Assembly (NCBI GenBank): GCA_030390025.1
Contig: CM059432.1
Span: 48,672,001 to 48,736,000 of the forward strand
Reading direction: 5' to 3'
From: Squalus acanthias
Taxonomy: Eukaryota
DNA: 64,000 nucleotides
Shown here: positions 38,456-51,259 of the stretch, piece after piece
Layout of the letters: the number at the start of each line of letters is the position of its first letter
Position numbering within the stretch: the first letter of the stretch is position 1
Translations under genes and position numbers: made by a program
The notes under the pieces: model-generated
The model's database searches: none
The model's input: only the letters and a program-made list of their open reading frames with translations
Told to the model about the DNA's origin: nothing

Positions 38456-39258
38456 GGGCTAGAAATTCGGCCCCTTTGTGCTTGCTGTTAGCGCCTCTGG
38501 GGGGCACTAATGGGGCGCAAAAGGCTTATCGCCCGATATGGGGGCCAATAAAGCGCCTCGCGAGAAATTCGGCGGGCTGTTGCTGAGCCGCTACCCGATA
38601 GCGCTGTGCCCCCTCCGGTAGCGCCCCGGGCCGCCGCCGATGACGTCATCGCCGTGCGCTGCAACCCCTTAGCGCCCCGCCGCATCCCCTTACCACCCCG
38701 CAACAGAAATTCGGCTGCGCCCCGTGATCGATGTCAGCGCCAGCCTCGCGGGTCACGAGCCAGACCGACCTCCGCTCGCGGAGCGGTATTTAAAGGGGAG
38801 GTGCGGCCACAATCCGCGCCGCCATTTTCTTTTTTTGGCTGACCTCAGGTCGGCCCTCTGTGGTGGGCCGTGGCATGATCCTGGCTGCAATCAGGCAGCC
38901 TGGCACCACGTCTCGGTGCCGGGCTGCAGCCGCGACACCACGCCGCCCTGGTGGCCCAGTGTGGTCCATCGGAGGCCCTGCATAGTGCGCAGTGGCCCTC
39001 CCCTTTAACTAAAGGGGAGAGGCATTGAAACGCGGCAGCGCTCCATGGAGCCTCCGTCGGGCGATGCCAGTTGCGCCCCGACATCGTCTCGGTTACCACC
39101 CCACCAGGAAGTGGATCGCCCGACATTGCGCTTCACTTCCTGGGCGGGGCGGTAAGCCGAATTTAGCGGCCGGGGCAGTACTTCTGCGCTGGGCATTAAA
39201 TGTCCAGCCTTAACTCGGTTACTGTCCCCAAACGGGGCGTAACCGAATTTCGCGCCCC
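38456..39258. mobile_element. PIF/Harbinger MITE family 3, copy A
   Basis: GGGCTAGAAATTC ... GAATTTCGCGCCCC termini; homologous to 50154-50891. Confidence 0.85.
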
Positions 39259-39710
39259 TGGGAGACAAACATGAAGATGATTCAAACAGGTGATTGTAAA
39301 AGAATTTGATTGAATGGACAGAGTATAAGTGAGTATTTAAGTTAGTTGAGTAGATGTTCATGGTGCAGTTGGAGTGAGTGACAGTGAGCAGCCACCGCAT
39401 AATAGAGTAAATGCTGGTGACATTATAGTAAGTCGCACTCAGACTGGGGTTCTCTTCATAACTTCAGAGATACTTTTGTAAATGATATGAGAGCCACTGA
39501 AAGCAACAAAGACAACAATTAGAAAGTTAGAAGCAAGTCCAAAGGTGTTCTTGCAGAAGACTCCACAAATCGATGCTTCAAGTCCACTGGATGGTAAGTA
39601 GATGCGATTGAAGCACCCTAAAGATTATTTATGTAATATTCAAATTACTTAGCTGGTTGCATACCAAAGAAGATTCTGACTCTGGAACATTTCTCAATGC
39701 TATTGTTATG

Positions 39711-41608
39711 TAGAATTAACAGCACAGAAACAGGTCATTCGGCCCAACTGGTCTGTGCTGGTGTTTATGCTCCATGTGAGCCTCTTTCCACCCTACTCCA
39801 TCTAACCCTATCAGCATATCCTTCTATTCCTTTCTCCTTCATGTACTTAACTAGCTTCCTCTTAAATGCATCTCTGCTATTCGCCTCAACTACTCCATGT
39901 GATAGCAAGTTCTACATTCGAACCACTCTCTGGGTAAAGAAGTTTCTCCTGAATTCCTTATTGGATTTATTAATGACTATCTTATATTTATGATGCCTAG
40001 TTTTGGACTCCCCCACAAGTGGAAACGTCTTTTCTACGGCTATTCTATCAAACCCTTTCAGAATTTTAAAACCTCTATTAGGTCAACCTTAGCGTTCTCT
40101 TTTTTGGGGAAAATAGCCCCAGCCTGTTCAATCTTTCCTGATAGTTATAACCTCTCAGTTCTGGTATCATCCTTGTAAATCTTTTTTGCACCTTCTCCAG
40201 CATCTCTACATCCTTTTTGTAATATGCAGATCAGAACAGTATTCTAAGCTTGGTCTAACCAAGGTTCTGTATAAGTTTAACATAACATCTGTTTTTCAAT
40301 TCTATTCCTCAAGAAATTAACCTCAGTGCTTTGTTTACACTTTATATGGCTTTGTTAACCTGTGTTGCTACTTTTAATAATTTGTGAATGTGTACCCCTA
40401 GATCCCTTTGCTCCTCTACCCCATTAAGACTCTTAGGGGGCAAAATTGGGTGCCTTTGCGCTTCCTGTTAGTGCCCCCTGGTGGCGCTAACTGGACGCAA
40501 ATGGCTTTGCGACTGGGCGCGGCGCTGACATCGACTCCCGCCATATTCGGCGGGAGTTTTGCAGCAGCGCTATGGCGTTGCGCCCCGATCTCCTTCACCT
40601 GGAGATCGTGACGTCATTGTCGTGCGCATTGCCCCGGTAGCGCCCCAGACCCGAAATTGACTTCCGCCCCCTGCAGCAGCGCCAGTTGAAATCACCGACA
40701 GCTGCAGGAGGCGTGCATCAGGCAGCCAGCCGCTTCGGGGGCGATGATTAAAGGCGAGGTGGCCGAGGTACGTAAAAATAAACTTACCTTTCTTGTTCCA
40801 GCTTTTTCCTGCTTGAGTGCCGGGCTGATCGCACGGGATCGCAGCTGCCTTGGTGGTCCAGGTAGGTACTCTTTATATTGCAGAGCCTGCAGCGATGGCC
40901 CTTCCCTTTAAGGGAGGAAAGGAGCCTTTGAACACGGCAGCGCTGCACGGCCCAGTGTGCAGCGCTGCTAAAGTCTCCCCCGACCCCCCACCCCCGTCTG
41001 CTACCGATTGCGCTCCAAGAAGGAAGTGGAGCTTGCTTCTTGGAGTGCAAACAGCAAATTTTTCAAAAGCTTGAAATCGTTAGCGCCTGCCGCTAACTTT
41101 TCAAACTTTTAAAAATTAGCGCCCCAAACAGGCGATAGTGAATTTTTCCCCCTTATTTTCCAAGGAGTATGTGGCCTCCTTATTCCTCCTACCAAAATGT
41201 ACCACCTCACACTATATTGAAATTCCTTTACTATTTACACGCCCATTCTGCAAGTTTATTATCATCTTGTATTCTATTGCAGTCTTCCTCAGTATTAAAT
41301 GTACCTCCCAATTTGGTGTCATCCGCAAATTTTTTAATTGTACTTCCTATTCCTGAGTCCAAATGGTCCCAGCACCAATCCCTGTGAAACACCACTTCCT
41401 ACCTTCCGCCAGGCTGAGTAAATACCTTTAACCCCTACCTCTCTGTTTTGCAGCCAGCTGACTATCCATTCTCCTACTTGTCCCTTAACCCCACATGCTC
41501 TGACCTTCGTCATGTGTCTACTATATGGTACCCTATCAAAGGCCTTTTGAAAATCTAAGTTTATTACATCTACTACATTACCTTTGTCTACTCTTTCTGT
41601 TACTTCTA
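39711..41608 (-). mobile_element. CR1 LINE fragment interrupted by a MITE
   Basis: Reverse complement resembles 23808-24970 (LDFQKAFD, KFADDTKLG). Confidence 0.85.
40436..41152. mobile_element. PIF/Harbinger MITE family 2, copy B
   Basis: TTA TSD (40433-40435 / 41153-41155); GGGGGCAAAATT / AATTTTTCCCCC TIR. Confidence 0.9.
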
Positions 41609-42802
41609 CTCTTCCTGTTAAATATTATATTTCTGTATCTGTCGTTGTGACTTAGAATAATGCATAGACTGGGGTGCAGATTTTTAAGAATTCCCCTACA
41701 TCAGGCTGATTTTACAATTTTATAAATTCTTTAAGTAGCTCTATGGGATGAATTGGAAGTGTGGGAGCTCGGTCTGAACAAAATTTTAAAGATATTCATC
41801 TGGGCTGTATACCCTTGCCATAATCATTTTAATCCGAGCAGATATGGTTAGTATACCTTGAGGACCAATGGGAGAAGTTTCTATTTTGTAACTGGTCAAA
41901 TTCCACATCATATTCAGAGGTCAGAATCTTTTTCAGTGGTACTGTCTGCTGTTGTGAAGAGTCTAAAGTAATTCTGGAGGTATTTTTACTGTAAAGGTAG
42001 GCTCCTGGGATTGTAGTGCTTGGAGTTTGATGTATGCTTGGCAGATGCAATGGGAGCAGCTTAGGCATAGGTAGCTTGACAGATGGTACAGCACTTAAGC
42101 TCCTTCTCTGTCTTCATCTTGCCTCTGAGCCTAAGACTGGATATGGAGTGCAGAAATGCGATCTGTCTTTGGTGATAGGGCAACATAAGCCGATGTGTTA
42201 TGGGTAAACAAGGGATTTAAAAGGATGATCTGCTGAGGCATCATTAAGCTTATTCATTATTCATGACTTTGCCTCCACACTTAGTACTAGCATCCATCAA
42301 CAATTAACTATATACAGGCACACATTGTTAAACGCTAAAGTATATAAAACGGGAGGGGCTAGAAATAGGAGTTTCATCGGAAAATAAGAATTTGAACAAC
42401 ACTTTCAAAAACAATGCATCAGTGTTCTATAGGAGGCTGCAGGAAACAAGTTTCCTTGCTGATCTCATGTGGCTTATCACTTCTTAAAACTTAATCCCAT
42501 TCTACCAGATACCTGTGGCTGTATATCTTACAATGTCAGAGCAATAGTTAAAAAGAAATAAAGATGGATGCTTTATAAAAATGTGCTGATGTGAAATATT
42601 CTGTGGTGATCCAAGGCTTTCAACTAGGCGGCATATGTATCTGACATTCTCACATAAGTACAGATGTAATATTGGGAATCCAATTTAAACAGTCCTAGGT
42701 ATATTTAAACATTAGCTAACTTTTGTTATTAGCTTGACACAATTTTATTCAGAAATGGAAATTTCTCAGGCATGATATTCTATTTTGTGAAGTTGAGTTA
42801 TT

Positions 42803-42867
42803 CTTGCCTTTTGGAAGAGACGTTAAGCTGAGGTTCCGTCTGCCCTCTCAGGTGGACGTAAAAGATC
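42803..42867 (+). mobile_element. Isolated Deu-domain SINE fragment
   Basis: gtctgccctctcaggtggacgtaaaagatc matches the core of the SINE at 18035-18508. Confidence 0.65.
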
Positions 42868-43294
42868 GCAAATGTCCATGGCAGAAGTCTAGCGGAGGGC
42901 CTGGGAAATAGGCCAGACCCCGGATATGCTAGGTCCCGTCAGCTGTCAGTTTTCAAGGGGCCTTTCTTGGTGTGGAATCTTAGCCCACATAAACAAGGTC
43001 AGAGTATGCCCTTTAGTTACCAATTTGCCAAGCAGAAGAAATAGTTTTTTCCCTATTTACCTTATCAAATCCCTCATATTTTAAACACCACTATCAGATC
43101 TTCTCTTAACCTTAGCTGTTCTTTTGAAAAAAGTCCCAGTTTCTCCAGTCTCTACTCATAGCTAAATCTTCTCATCCTTGGTATCACTTTAGTAAACCTC
43201 TACAAGGCCCTGAAATTCTTCCTAAAGTAGGCTGCCCAAAAATGGAGACAATATTCTAAGTTAGGTAAATTATATAAAAGCCATCCTCACAGAT

Positions 43295-43678
43295 TAGGGT
43301 TGTCAACCCTCCAGGATAGGCCTGGAATCTTCAGGAATTGAAGATTAATCTCCAGGACACTGCTGCGAGCAGCCCTGGAGAAAAATCATTGGGCATTAAA
43401 AAAAAACTTGTGTTTTTTTCATTTTCTTTGAACACTTCTGTTTATTAGTTAGAAAAATATTGGAGATGGGGAAAAAAGGCTGTTTGACTGATGGTCAAGA
43501 ATCAGCCAATTGGGTAATGAAGAATCTATTCACTTTCCAATTGGCGTGGGACGGCGGGGAGACGCGAGGATGGACGTGCTGGGCGATGAAAGCGGGAGTG
43601 TGGAGGCGGGACATTTGGAAGCAGGAGCTCAGGTGATGAAACCTTCAGAAATACATTCAACCAGAGTTTGCAACCCTA
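43295..43678. mobile_element. Non-autonomous hAT-type element
   Basis: TIR TAGGGTTGTCAAC / GTTTGCAACCCTA; 8-bp TSD TCACAGAT / TAACAGAT. Confidence 0.85.
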
Positions 43679-44890
43679 TAACAGATATATGCCCAAGATG
43701 GGAATTCAGTGGATTGGTGAAACCAAACCTCCATCCCATTATTGTGTAGTGCACCACATTTATTCCCCTGTGTGCTCTGCCACTATACTATCACTTTTAA
43801 GTCTTCAACTATACTAATCATGGCCTCTAAAGAGTTGTTCACTCGCCAATTGTTAAACAATGTAAGATGTGTCTCTGAATTTAAAAAAAGCAACCTCTGT
43901 AATGTCAGATATTTTTAATTAAGTCAGGCACTGATACGCTTGGACAATTAGCACTATCAGCTTTACACAGGTTATTGCTAAAACTAAATGGCTTGATGGA
44001 GGAGGCTTCCATCACAGTTGCATACATTCACTTGGGTTCCCTCTCCCCCGCTCCCTCTTATATATCATGACAGGAGCTGCTTGCTTCACCCTAACTGTAT
44101 GAATTTTGATCAAAGAGCATTTTTGCTACATTTGCTTAATGCTAATCTGCTTCCAGTCAAAGAATGGCTCTCAGTGCAAGTACACCTCAGCAATGGAGAG
44201 CGAAAGGCAGATTGACTGAATCTGTAAACTGGGATAAGTCATACCTAAAGAATCAAAGAAAAGACAGAGAAACAAATCTTTCCCGGGGCCATGTAATACA
44301 AGTCCTATGAATGAAGACCCTGCCCCCCCCCCCCCCCGCCCACTCCATATAGAAAGGTGGTTTAATAACAATGTCTTGAAACTTGTGTTTCAGTAATTCG
44401 GGAGCTGACCTAGTTTTGAGCAAGTTAAGATTCTCCTATTTCAAAAAGGTAATTATAAATAAAAGAAGCCAATGGATTTCTATGGACACTATCACTGTTG
44501 AAGTAGCCTGACCTCTTCTAGTTTTCATTCAACACAACTGGAAGTCCATCCAACAATGATAGGCCTAGAAATTTGACAAGGCCTGAAAACGGGCCTGGGG
44601 ATCGCGATGTACAATTGACCCGCGCCCATTCCTTCCGATGCAGGTAGCACACAAACTTCGTGCTGCATGTTAATTTAAATAATAGTAGCATGCAGCCCAG
44701 TGCCGAATGTACTGCTGAGTGGCTGCATGACTCAACAGGGGACCCAAGTTTGTGCGAGGCTAGCACCATTTAAAGCTAGCCTGCACTATTTAAAGGCAGC
44801 CTGCACCTCCTAAAGGGGAGGTGTCTTCTGGCTGCAGCAGGTGCTAGACGTGGCTGGGCAAGAGAGCATGAGCAAGAAGAAGATGCACGG

Positions 44891-46747
44891 ATGGCGCAAC
44901 AGGGCGGAAAGTGGGCTCCAAGATTCTCCAGCGCAGCACTGGAGTGCAGGAGGTGGACAGGAGGAGAGAGGTTCTATATCTACAGGGGGCCAGGAGGCCC
45001 ACAAGACAAACTGAAAAGGTAATGGGTCAATGTCAGCAGTGTAGCCCCGAGGGCCTGGATGCATTGCCGCAGGAAGTTTAATGACCTCACACGAGTGGTC
45101 AAGGTTAGTGAATTCATCCTCAAATGCCATAACTGAACCACTAGGCTCAGACACTGTTCAATTCACCAATCCCCCTTCACTCACCCACCAACAATCTCTA
45201 TCAATCATATCTCACATTCATAGCTTCACCTCACCCTCACAATCTTACCACTGCTGCAAGCCTCACACCCATATCTCACAGCTTGCACACAATGGCAGCT
45301 ATTCAAAACATTACAGACAAATCACCCAAACACATTGCACCATAATTCCCTTTCTCTCGCAGGACAAGGTGGCTCATAACTGGAGGCAGCAGGGGCTACC
45401 AACAGGGAGACAGGCGCGCCTGCATGACCTAACCCCCAAGGAGGCGATGGTGCTGGAGATTATTGCAGCGGCCTTCACTGAGCCCGTGGCCAGCGGCGGG
45501 GCTGAAACAATCGAAGATGACGGTATCCTCATACCTAATCCTCCTTCTCACATCCCACTTCCCCCTCAACCCACAATCTCTTCTGATTTACAAGCTGCAG
45601 ATGCACTTCTTTCTTTCTCCCCCCCCCCCCACCCCTCACCACAACCTAACTCTTGTGCCTTTCTCCTTTCAGATAGCCAAGAACTGCAACCTGGCCAGGC
45701 CAGGTGGAGGAGCAGGAATTCCAAGAAGAAGAAGGCAGTGATGATGAAGACACAGCATCGCCACTCGATTTCACACTCACAGCCACCAACTCAGATACTG
45801 ACACTCCGCATACCTTATAGGATAGCCTAGGCACGGGATCTGTATGTGGTGAGTCACCGGGCACAAGTGGCCTGCAGTCAGGGCAGGGGGTAAGGGTAGC
45901 GCAGGTGCCAGCTCCTCGGAGGGCGAGGCTGCACATGAGTTCTGCAGCAGAGGACTCGGTTGAGGACTTCGATGGGGCAGCCTACAGAAGAACACTGATG
46001 GGTATCCACAATTAAATGCTTGTTGTATTGGCAGGCCTGCCAGAAAGCGAGTGCAATGTCAAGGAGCATGAAGGAATACGGCACCAACCTTGCACAGGGC
46101 TTTGCGCAGACTTGGAGCCCATTCTTTTCAGCATGGAAGTGATGGGCAATTCCATTGGTGCACTTGTGGACCCAACCATGATGCAGCATCTGATGGCGAA
46201 TGTCTCAGCTTCCATTGCAGCTCAAGCAGAAGCCACTCAACGTCTGAGTGCTGCAGTGAAAGCTCAGACTGAAGTCATGCAAGCTCAGACTGCTGTCATC
46301 ATGGCTGCGGTTACTTGTGTTGAAAGGGGCTTGCAGGATGTCACAGCAGTCCAGCAATCTGTCCTCCAAAAGATTACTAGGATTGCTGAGGCGCCGCCCC
46401 GGGATAGTGGCAGTGGCACCGTGGAGCACGAACCTGCTGTTCTCTCTCAGGTTGACAGCATTCATGCTTCCACCACTGTCACTCCGCCAGTGCCCTTGCT
46501 TTTGCCTGTCAGCCAACCAGCCTGGACTGCTGCCGCCCATACCGAGATGGTGCAGTCTGAAGCCGGGCCGTCTAGGCCCAGAGCTGCTCGAGGTCATCTT
46601 ACAAGGCCATCTGCATTCTCTCCCACTGAAAGTCAGTAGCCTTCCACCAGCCATGCTGCAGCCACTGGAGTAGCACTGCGTAGGAGCACTAGGACACGTA
46701 AAGGCACATGGAAGACAGGCACTAAGGGAATGCACAAGGGTGATTAG
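44891..46747 (+). pseudogene. Harbinger Myb/SANT-like DNA-binding protein gene, 3 exons (44891-45103, 45363-45522, 45673-46747), disrupted
   Basis: MAQQGGKWAPRFSSAALE..QEVDRRREVLY..CRRKFNDLTRVVK|DKVAHNWRQ; GT-AG introns; frameshifts and stops. Confidence 0.8.
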
Positions 46748-46915
46748 TTGACTTTGGTACGTAATAATGTATGGTTTGATTTATAAATTTAGTTTGGAAT
46801 GTTTGTTTTGTGGCGGCTTTTATTGTAGAATTGTGGCCAAGAGTACACTGTGATGGTCAGTAACAGGGAAGGTAAGGTGTGGGCCTGTTTGTGAATGGGG
46901 AATTTGGGGTTGCGT

Positions 46916-49643
46916 TCACTGGTACCACAGTCAGATGATTTGATCACGGATAGCCCGGCCAAAAAGGGGCTGTTGTTGGTTGCCTTCTCTCTTCCACCTC
47001 CACCTCCTCCTCAGCTCTGGTGGCAAGGGCTGTGCCCTCACAATGGCAAGGTTGTGGAGTATGCAACAGACCATGGCGAATCTTGAGACGCACTCCGATG
47101 ATTACTGCAGGGCTCCTCCAGAGTGATTCAGGCAGTGGAAGCGTTGTTTTAGCACCCAAATTGTCTGCTCGATGACATTCCATGCGGTAGCATGGCTTTC
47201 ATTGTATGCATGCTGCCCACATCTGCTTGGCTTGCGCACCAAAGTCATGTATTAGTAAAAAAGTATTAGTATTAGTAAAAAAACAGTGCTGGAGAAATTA
47301 ATGGGACTGAAAGCCGATAAATCCCTAGGGCCTGATAATCTGCATCCCAGAGTACTAAAAGAGGTAGCCATGGAAATAGTGGATGCACTGGTTGTCATCT
47401 TCCAAAATTCTATAGATTATGGAACAGTTCCTGCAGATTGGAGGGTGGCAAATGTAACCCCACTATTTAAAAAAGGGAGAGAAAACAGGGAACTACAGAC
47501 CGGTTAGCCTAACATCAATAGTAGAGAAAATGCTAGAGTCTATTATAAAGGATGTGATAACAGGACACTTAGAAAATATCAACGGGATTAGACAAAGCCA
47601 ACATGGATTTATGAAAGGGAAATCGTGTTTGACAAACCTACTGCAGTTTTTTGAGGATGTAACTGGTAGAATAGACTAGGGAGAACCAGTGGATGTGGTG
47701 TATTTGGATTTTCAGAAGGCCTTTGATAAAGTCCCACATCAAGAGGATAGTGTGTAAAATTAAAACACATGGGATTGGGGGTAATATACTGGCATGGATT
47801 GAAAATTGGTTAACAGACAGAAAACAGAGAGTAGGAATAAATGGGTCTTTTTCAGGGTGGTAGGCGGTGACTAGTGGGGTACCACAGGGATCAGTGCTTG
47901 GGCCCCAGCTATTCACAATATATATCAATGATTTGGATGAGGGAACCAAATGTAATATTTCCAAGTTTGCTGACGACATGAAACTAGGTGGGATTGTGAG
48001 TTGTGAGGAGGATGCAAAGAGGCTTCATGGCGATTTAGACAAGTTGAGTGAGTGGGCAAATACATGGCAGATGCAGTATAATGTGGATAAATGTGAAGTT
48101 ATCCAATTCCGTCAGAAAAACAGAAAGGCAGAGTATTATTTATATGGTGATAGATTGTGAAATGTTAATGTACAAAGGGACCTGGGTGTCCTTGTACACC
48201 AGTCACTGAAGCAAACATGCAGGTGCAGCAAACAGTTAGGAAGGCAAATGGTATGTTGGCCTTCATTGCAAGATGATTTGAGTACAGGAGCAAGGATGTC
48301 TTACTACAGTTATACAGGGCCTTGAGTACTGTGTGCAGTTTTGGTCTCCTTACCTAAGAAAGGATATACTTGCCATAGAGAGAGTGCAGCGAAGGTTCAC
48401 CAGACTGATTCCTGGGATGGCAGGACTGTCGTATGAGGAGAGATTGGGTTGACTAGCCCTGCATTCACTAGAGTTTAGAAGAATGAGAGGGGATCTCGTG
48501 GAAATGTATAAAATTCTGACAAGGCTAGACAGACTGGATGCAGGGAGGATGTTCCCCTGGCTGGGGGGTCTAGAACGAGGGGTCACAGTCTCAGGATACG
48601 GGGTAGGACATTTAGGACTGAGATGAGGAGAAATTTCTTCACTCAGAGGATGGTGAACCTGTGGAATTCTCTACCACAGACAGCTGTGAGGGCAAGTCAC
48701 TGCATATATTTAGAAGGAGATAGATAGATTTCTAAACACAAAAGGCATCAAGGGGTATGGGGAGAGAGCGGGAATATAGTATTGAGATAGAGGATCAGCC
48801 ATGATCATATTGAATGGTGGAGCAGGATCGAAGGGCCGAATGGCCTACTCCTGCTCCTATTTTTCTATGAGCCAGGTGGTCAGTGGATAGCCCTTGTCAT
48901 CCAGTAGCCACCCTCTGGTTTGTCGTGGTGGCTCAACTGTGGATGGTACAGTGGACTGCCGCAGAATGAAGGCATCATGACTGCTGCCAGGATACCGAAC
49001 ATTGTCTTGCATGATGCGCTGAATATGGTCGCACACCAGCTGGACACTAAAGGAGTGGAATCCCTTCCGATTGTGGTACATCTCTGAATTCACTTGTGGT
49101 GCCCGCAAAGCAACGTGTGTGCAGTCAATGGCACCCTGCACCATGGAGAAGCCTGCTATCCTGACAAAGCCGCGTGCTCGCTCTGCCTGCTTCCCTCTGG
49201 CAAGAGAGAATGAATTGTATTCACCTCTCTTTGCATACACAGTGATCTCCCCTATGCAACAGTGCATGGCAAACAGGAATATGCTGTAAATATCACCTGC
49301 TCCAGCCTGGACAGAGCCCGAATCATAAAAATTCATTGCCACGCTCACTTTCACAACGCTTGGCAATGCCGCCCTTGCCCTGCTCTGAGGTTGCGGTTCT
49401 GCCTGTAACAGGTGGCAGATTTCAGTGAGTACCTCCTTAGTGAAGTGGAAACGTCACATATACTGTTCCTCACTGAGGTTGAGGTTGGAGAATTTCTCAC
49501 TGAAGACCCTGGGTGGATATGGCCTCCTGCTGAGTGTCCTTCTCCCCCTCCTCCTCCTTCTAGCAGCTTGTCCTCCTCTGAGTCACCTCTGCTCATTCTC
49601 TCCCGTCATGCTGCAGACCATGGGGGATACAAACTATTGCACC
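46916..49643 (-). pseudogene. Harbinger DDE transposase (HARBI1-like), split by a CR1
   Basis: GAIDCTHV, NRKGFHS, PGSSHDAFIL, DKGYPLTTWL | MT...YNESHA..NVIEQTI.VLKQRF; the frame resumes across the CR1 insertion. Confidence 0.92.
47250..48866 (+). mobile_element. CR1 LINE, 5'-truncated, inserted in the transposase
   Basis: SGVPQGSVLGPQLFTIYINDLD, KFADD motifs; CR1 3' UTR; ATG shared at both junctions. Confidence 0.94.
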
Positions 49644-50153
49644 CACTTCCAGGACCAACTGGTCTGAGCAGAAGCCTTGAAGTAACTGCCACACCCTTCC
49701 CTGGAGACTTCAGCAACCTCAAATAAGATAACAAATCACCAAACACTTCTACAACCTCACCAAGAGCCAGTAGAAATCAATCAGCAACTAACCTGAAAGC
49801 AGTTGATAATCCCTTTAAATAGTGTTGGTGGGGGGCCCTTCCTGCTGCTGTACGCATGTTCAACTGTGCGTGTTTAAGAGAGGGCGTTGGCTGGAGCGTT
49901 GAGGTCGAAAATGACAGCGCTGGCGTCAATCAGCCTTACACACTGAGTGATGCCACTATCTGCCTACTCTGCATACTTCCGGCGCACGCTCCCAGCTCCC
50001 CCGCTAACGACCTCACCAAAATGGTGGCTGGTGTGGCTCGCACCAGATGTGTGTGCGTGTGGCATGGACATCATTTTGGACTCAAAATGACACCTGTAGC
50101 ACCAAAAAACCAAGCGCTATGAATTTTGCGGCCCTAGTGTCTATAGACATGTT

Positions 50154-50891
50154 GGGCAAGAAATTCTGTCCCTTTGCGCCTGCTGTTAGCGCCTCTGGGG
50201 GGCACAAAGGGCTTATTGCCTGGGGGGATGGGGGGACGCGAAAAAAGTGACTCCTGAGAAATTTGGCGTGGCGTTGCTGAGGCGCTACCCAATAGCGCTG
50301 TGCTCCTGCCGGTAGCACTCTGGGCCGTGGCGCCGCTGGCGATGATGTCATCACCGTGCGCGCGACTCCTTAGCGCCCTGCCGCGTCTCCTTACCGCACC
50401 GCGGCAGAAATTTGGCTGCCGTGGGTGATGTCAGTGCCAGTCTCGCAGGTCGCAAACCGGGCCAACTCCTGCTCGCGGGGCAGTATTTAAAGGGGAGGTG
50501 CGGCTGTGACCTGTGCCGCCATCATCTTTTTTTGGCCGGCCTCCAGGTCGGCCCTCTGTAGTTGGCCATGACATGGTTCTGGCTGCCATCGCACAACCCG
50601 GCACCGCGTCTCGGTGCCGGGCTGCGGCCGCGGCGCTAAGCCGCCCTGGTGGCTTAGTGTGGGCCATTGGAGGCCTTGCAGAGTGCGCAGCGGCACTCCT
50701 TTTTAACTGAAAGGGAGTGGCGTTGAAATGCGGCAGCTGCCGATTGCGCCCCAACATCGCCTAGGTTACTGCCCCACCAGGAAGTGGAGCGCTGGAGATT
50801 GCGTTCCACTTCCTGTGCAGGGCGGTATGCCAAATTTAGCGGCCGGGGTGGTACATCCGCACTAAACGGGGCGTAACCGAATTTTGTGTCC
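50154..50891. mobile_element. PIF/Harbinger MITE family 3, copy B
   Basis: Colinear with 38456-39258. Confidence 0.85.
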
Positions 50892-51259
50892 ATTGAATGA
50901 CAACAAGATCTTTAAAGGTACTGACAGTGAGAATGGCCGGACACAGAAGTTAACGATCAGAAATAAATATGCTTCAGTATATAGACCCTGTCCCCTAGTT
51001 GTAATCTATTGGTGAATTAATTTTGATGCCAAAGGGATGCAAACAGATTTGTCAATGCTTAGTCCTAAGTTGTTTGTAAGATGCTTAAACGCAAACTATG
51101 AAGGCAAAAGGAGAACAATTTTTACAGTTTGGTGTAACTGCACAGGGAAAATTCTTTTGAAACATTGATATTCAGTGGAAATAATGATAAAGGGAGCAAA
51201 GCCGACATACCAACACATTCATTGGTTACTTTGGGAGAGTCCCAATTTTTGCTACTTAC

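Larger units (their letters stand above)
44562..50134. mobile_element. Near full-length two-gene PIF/Harbinger transposon (inactive)
   Basis: GGCCTAGAAATT ... AATTTTGCGGCCC termini, convergent Myb/SANT and transposase genes, inward-facing TATTTAAAG boxes near both ends. Confidence 0.9.

Noticed and set aside
39465..39600. Possible plus-strand exon ending in G|GTAAGT
   Set aside because: Stops in all frames from the candidate acceptor and no partner exons found.
41829..42068. 79-aa minus-strand ORF with donor and acceptor-like sites in the RALYL intron
   Set aside because: The open frame has phase-2 boundaries, incompatible with the phase-1 intron; the phase-1 reading hits a stop; no recognisable homology.
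45081..45830. 249-aa ORF as a standalone gene
   Set aside because: It reads through introns 1 and 2 of the Harbinger Myb/SANT gene; only the exon parts are meaningful.
48857..49366. Possible domesticated HARBI1 gene
   Set aside because: Interrupted by a CR1, has stops and frameshifts, and sits within TIRs; it is a dead transposon copy.
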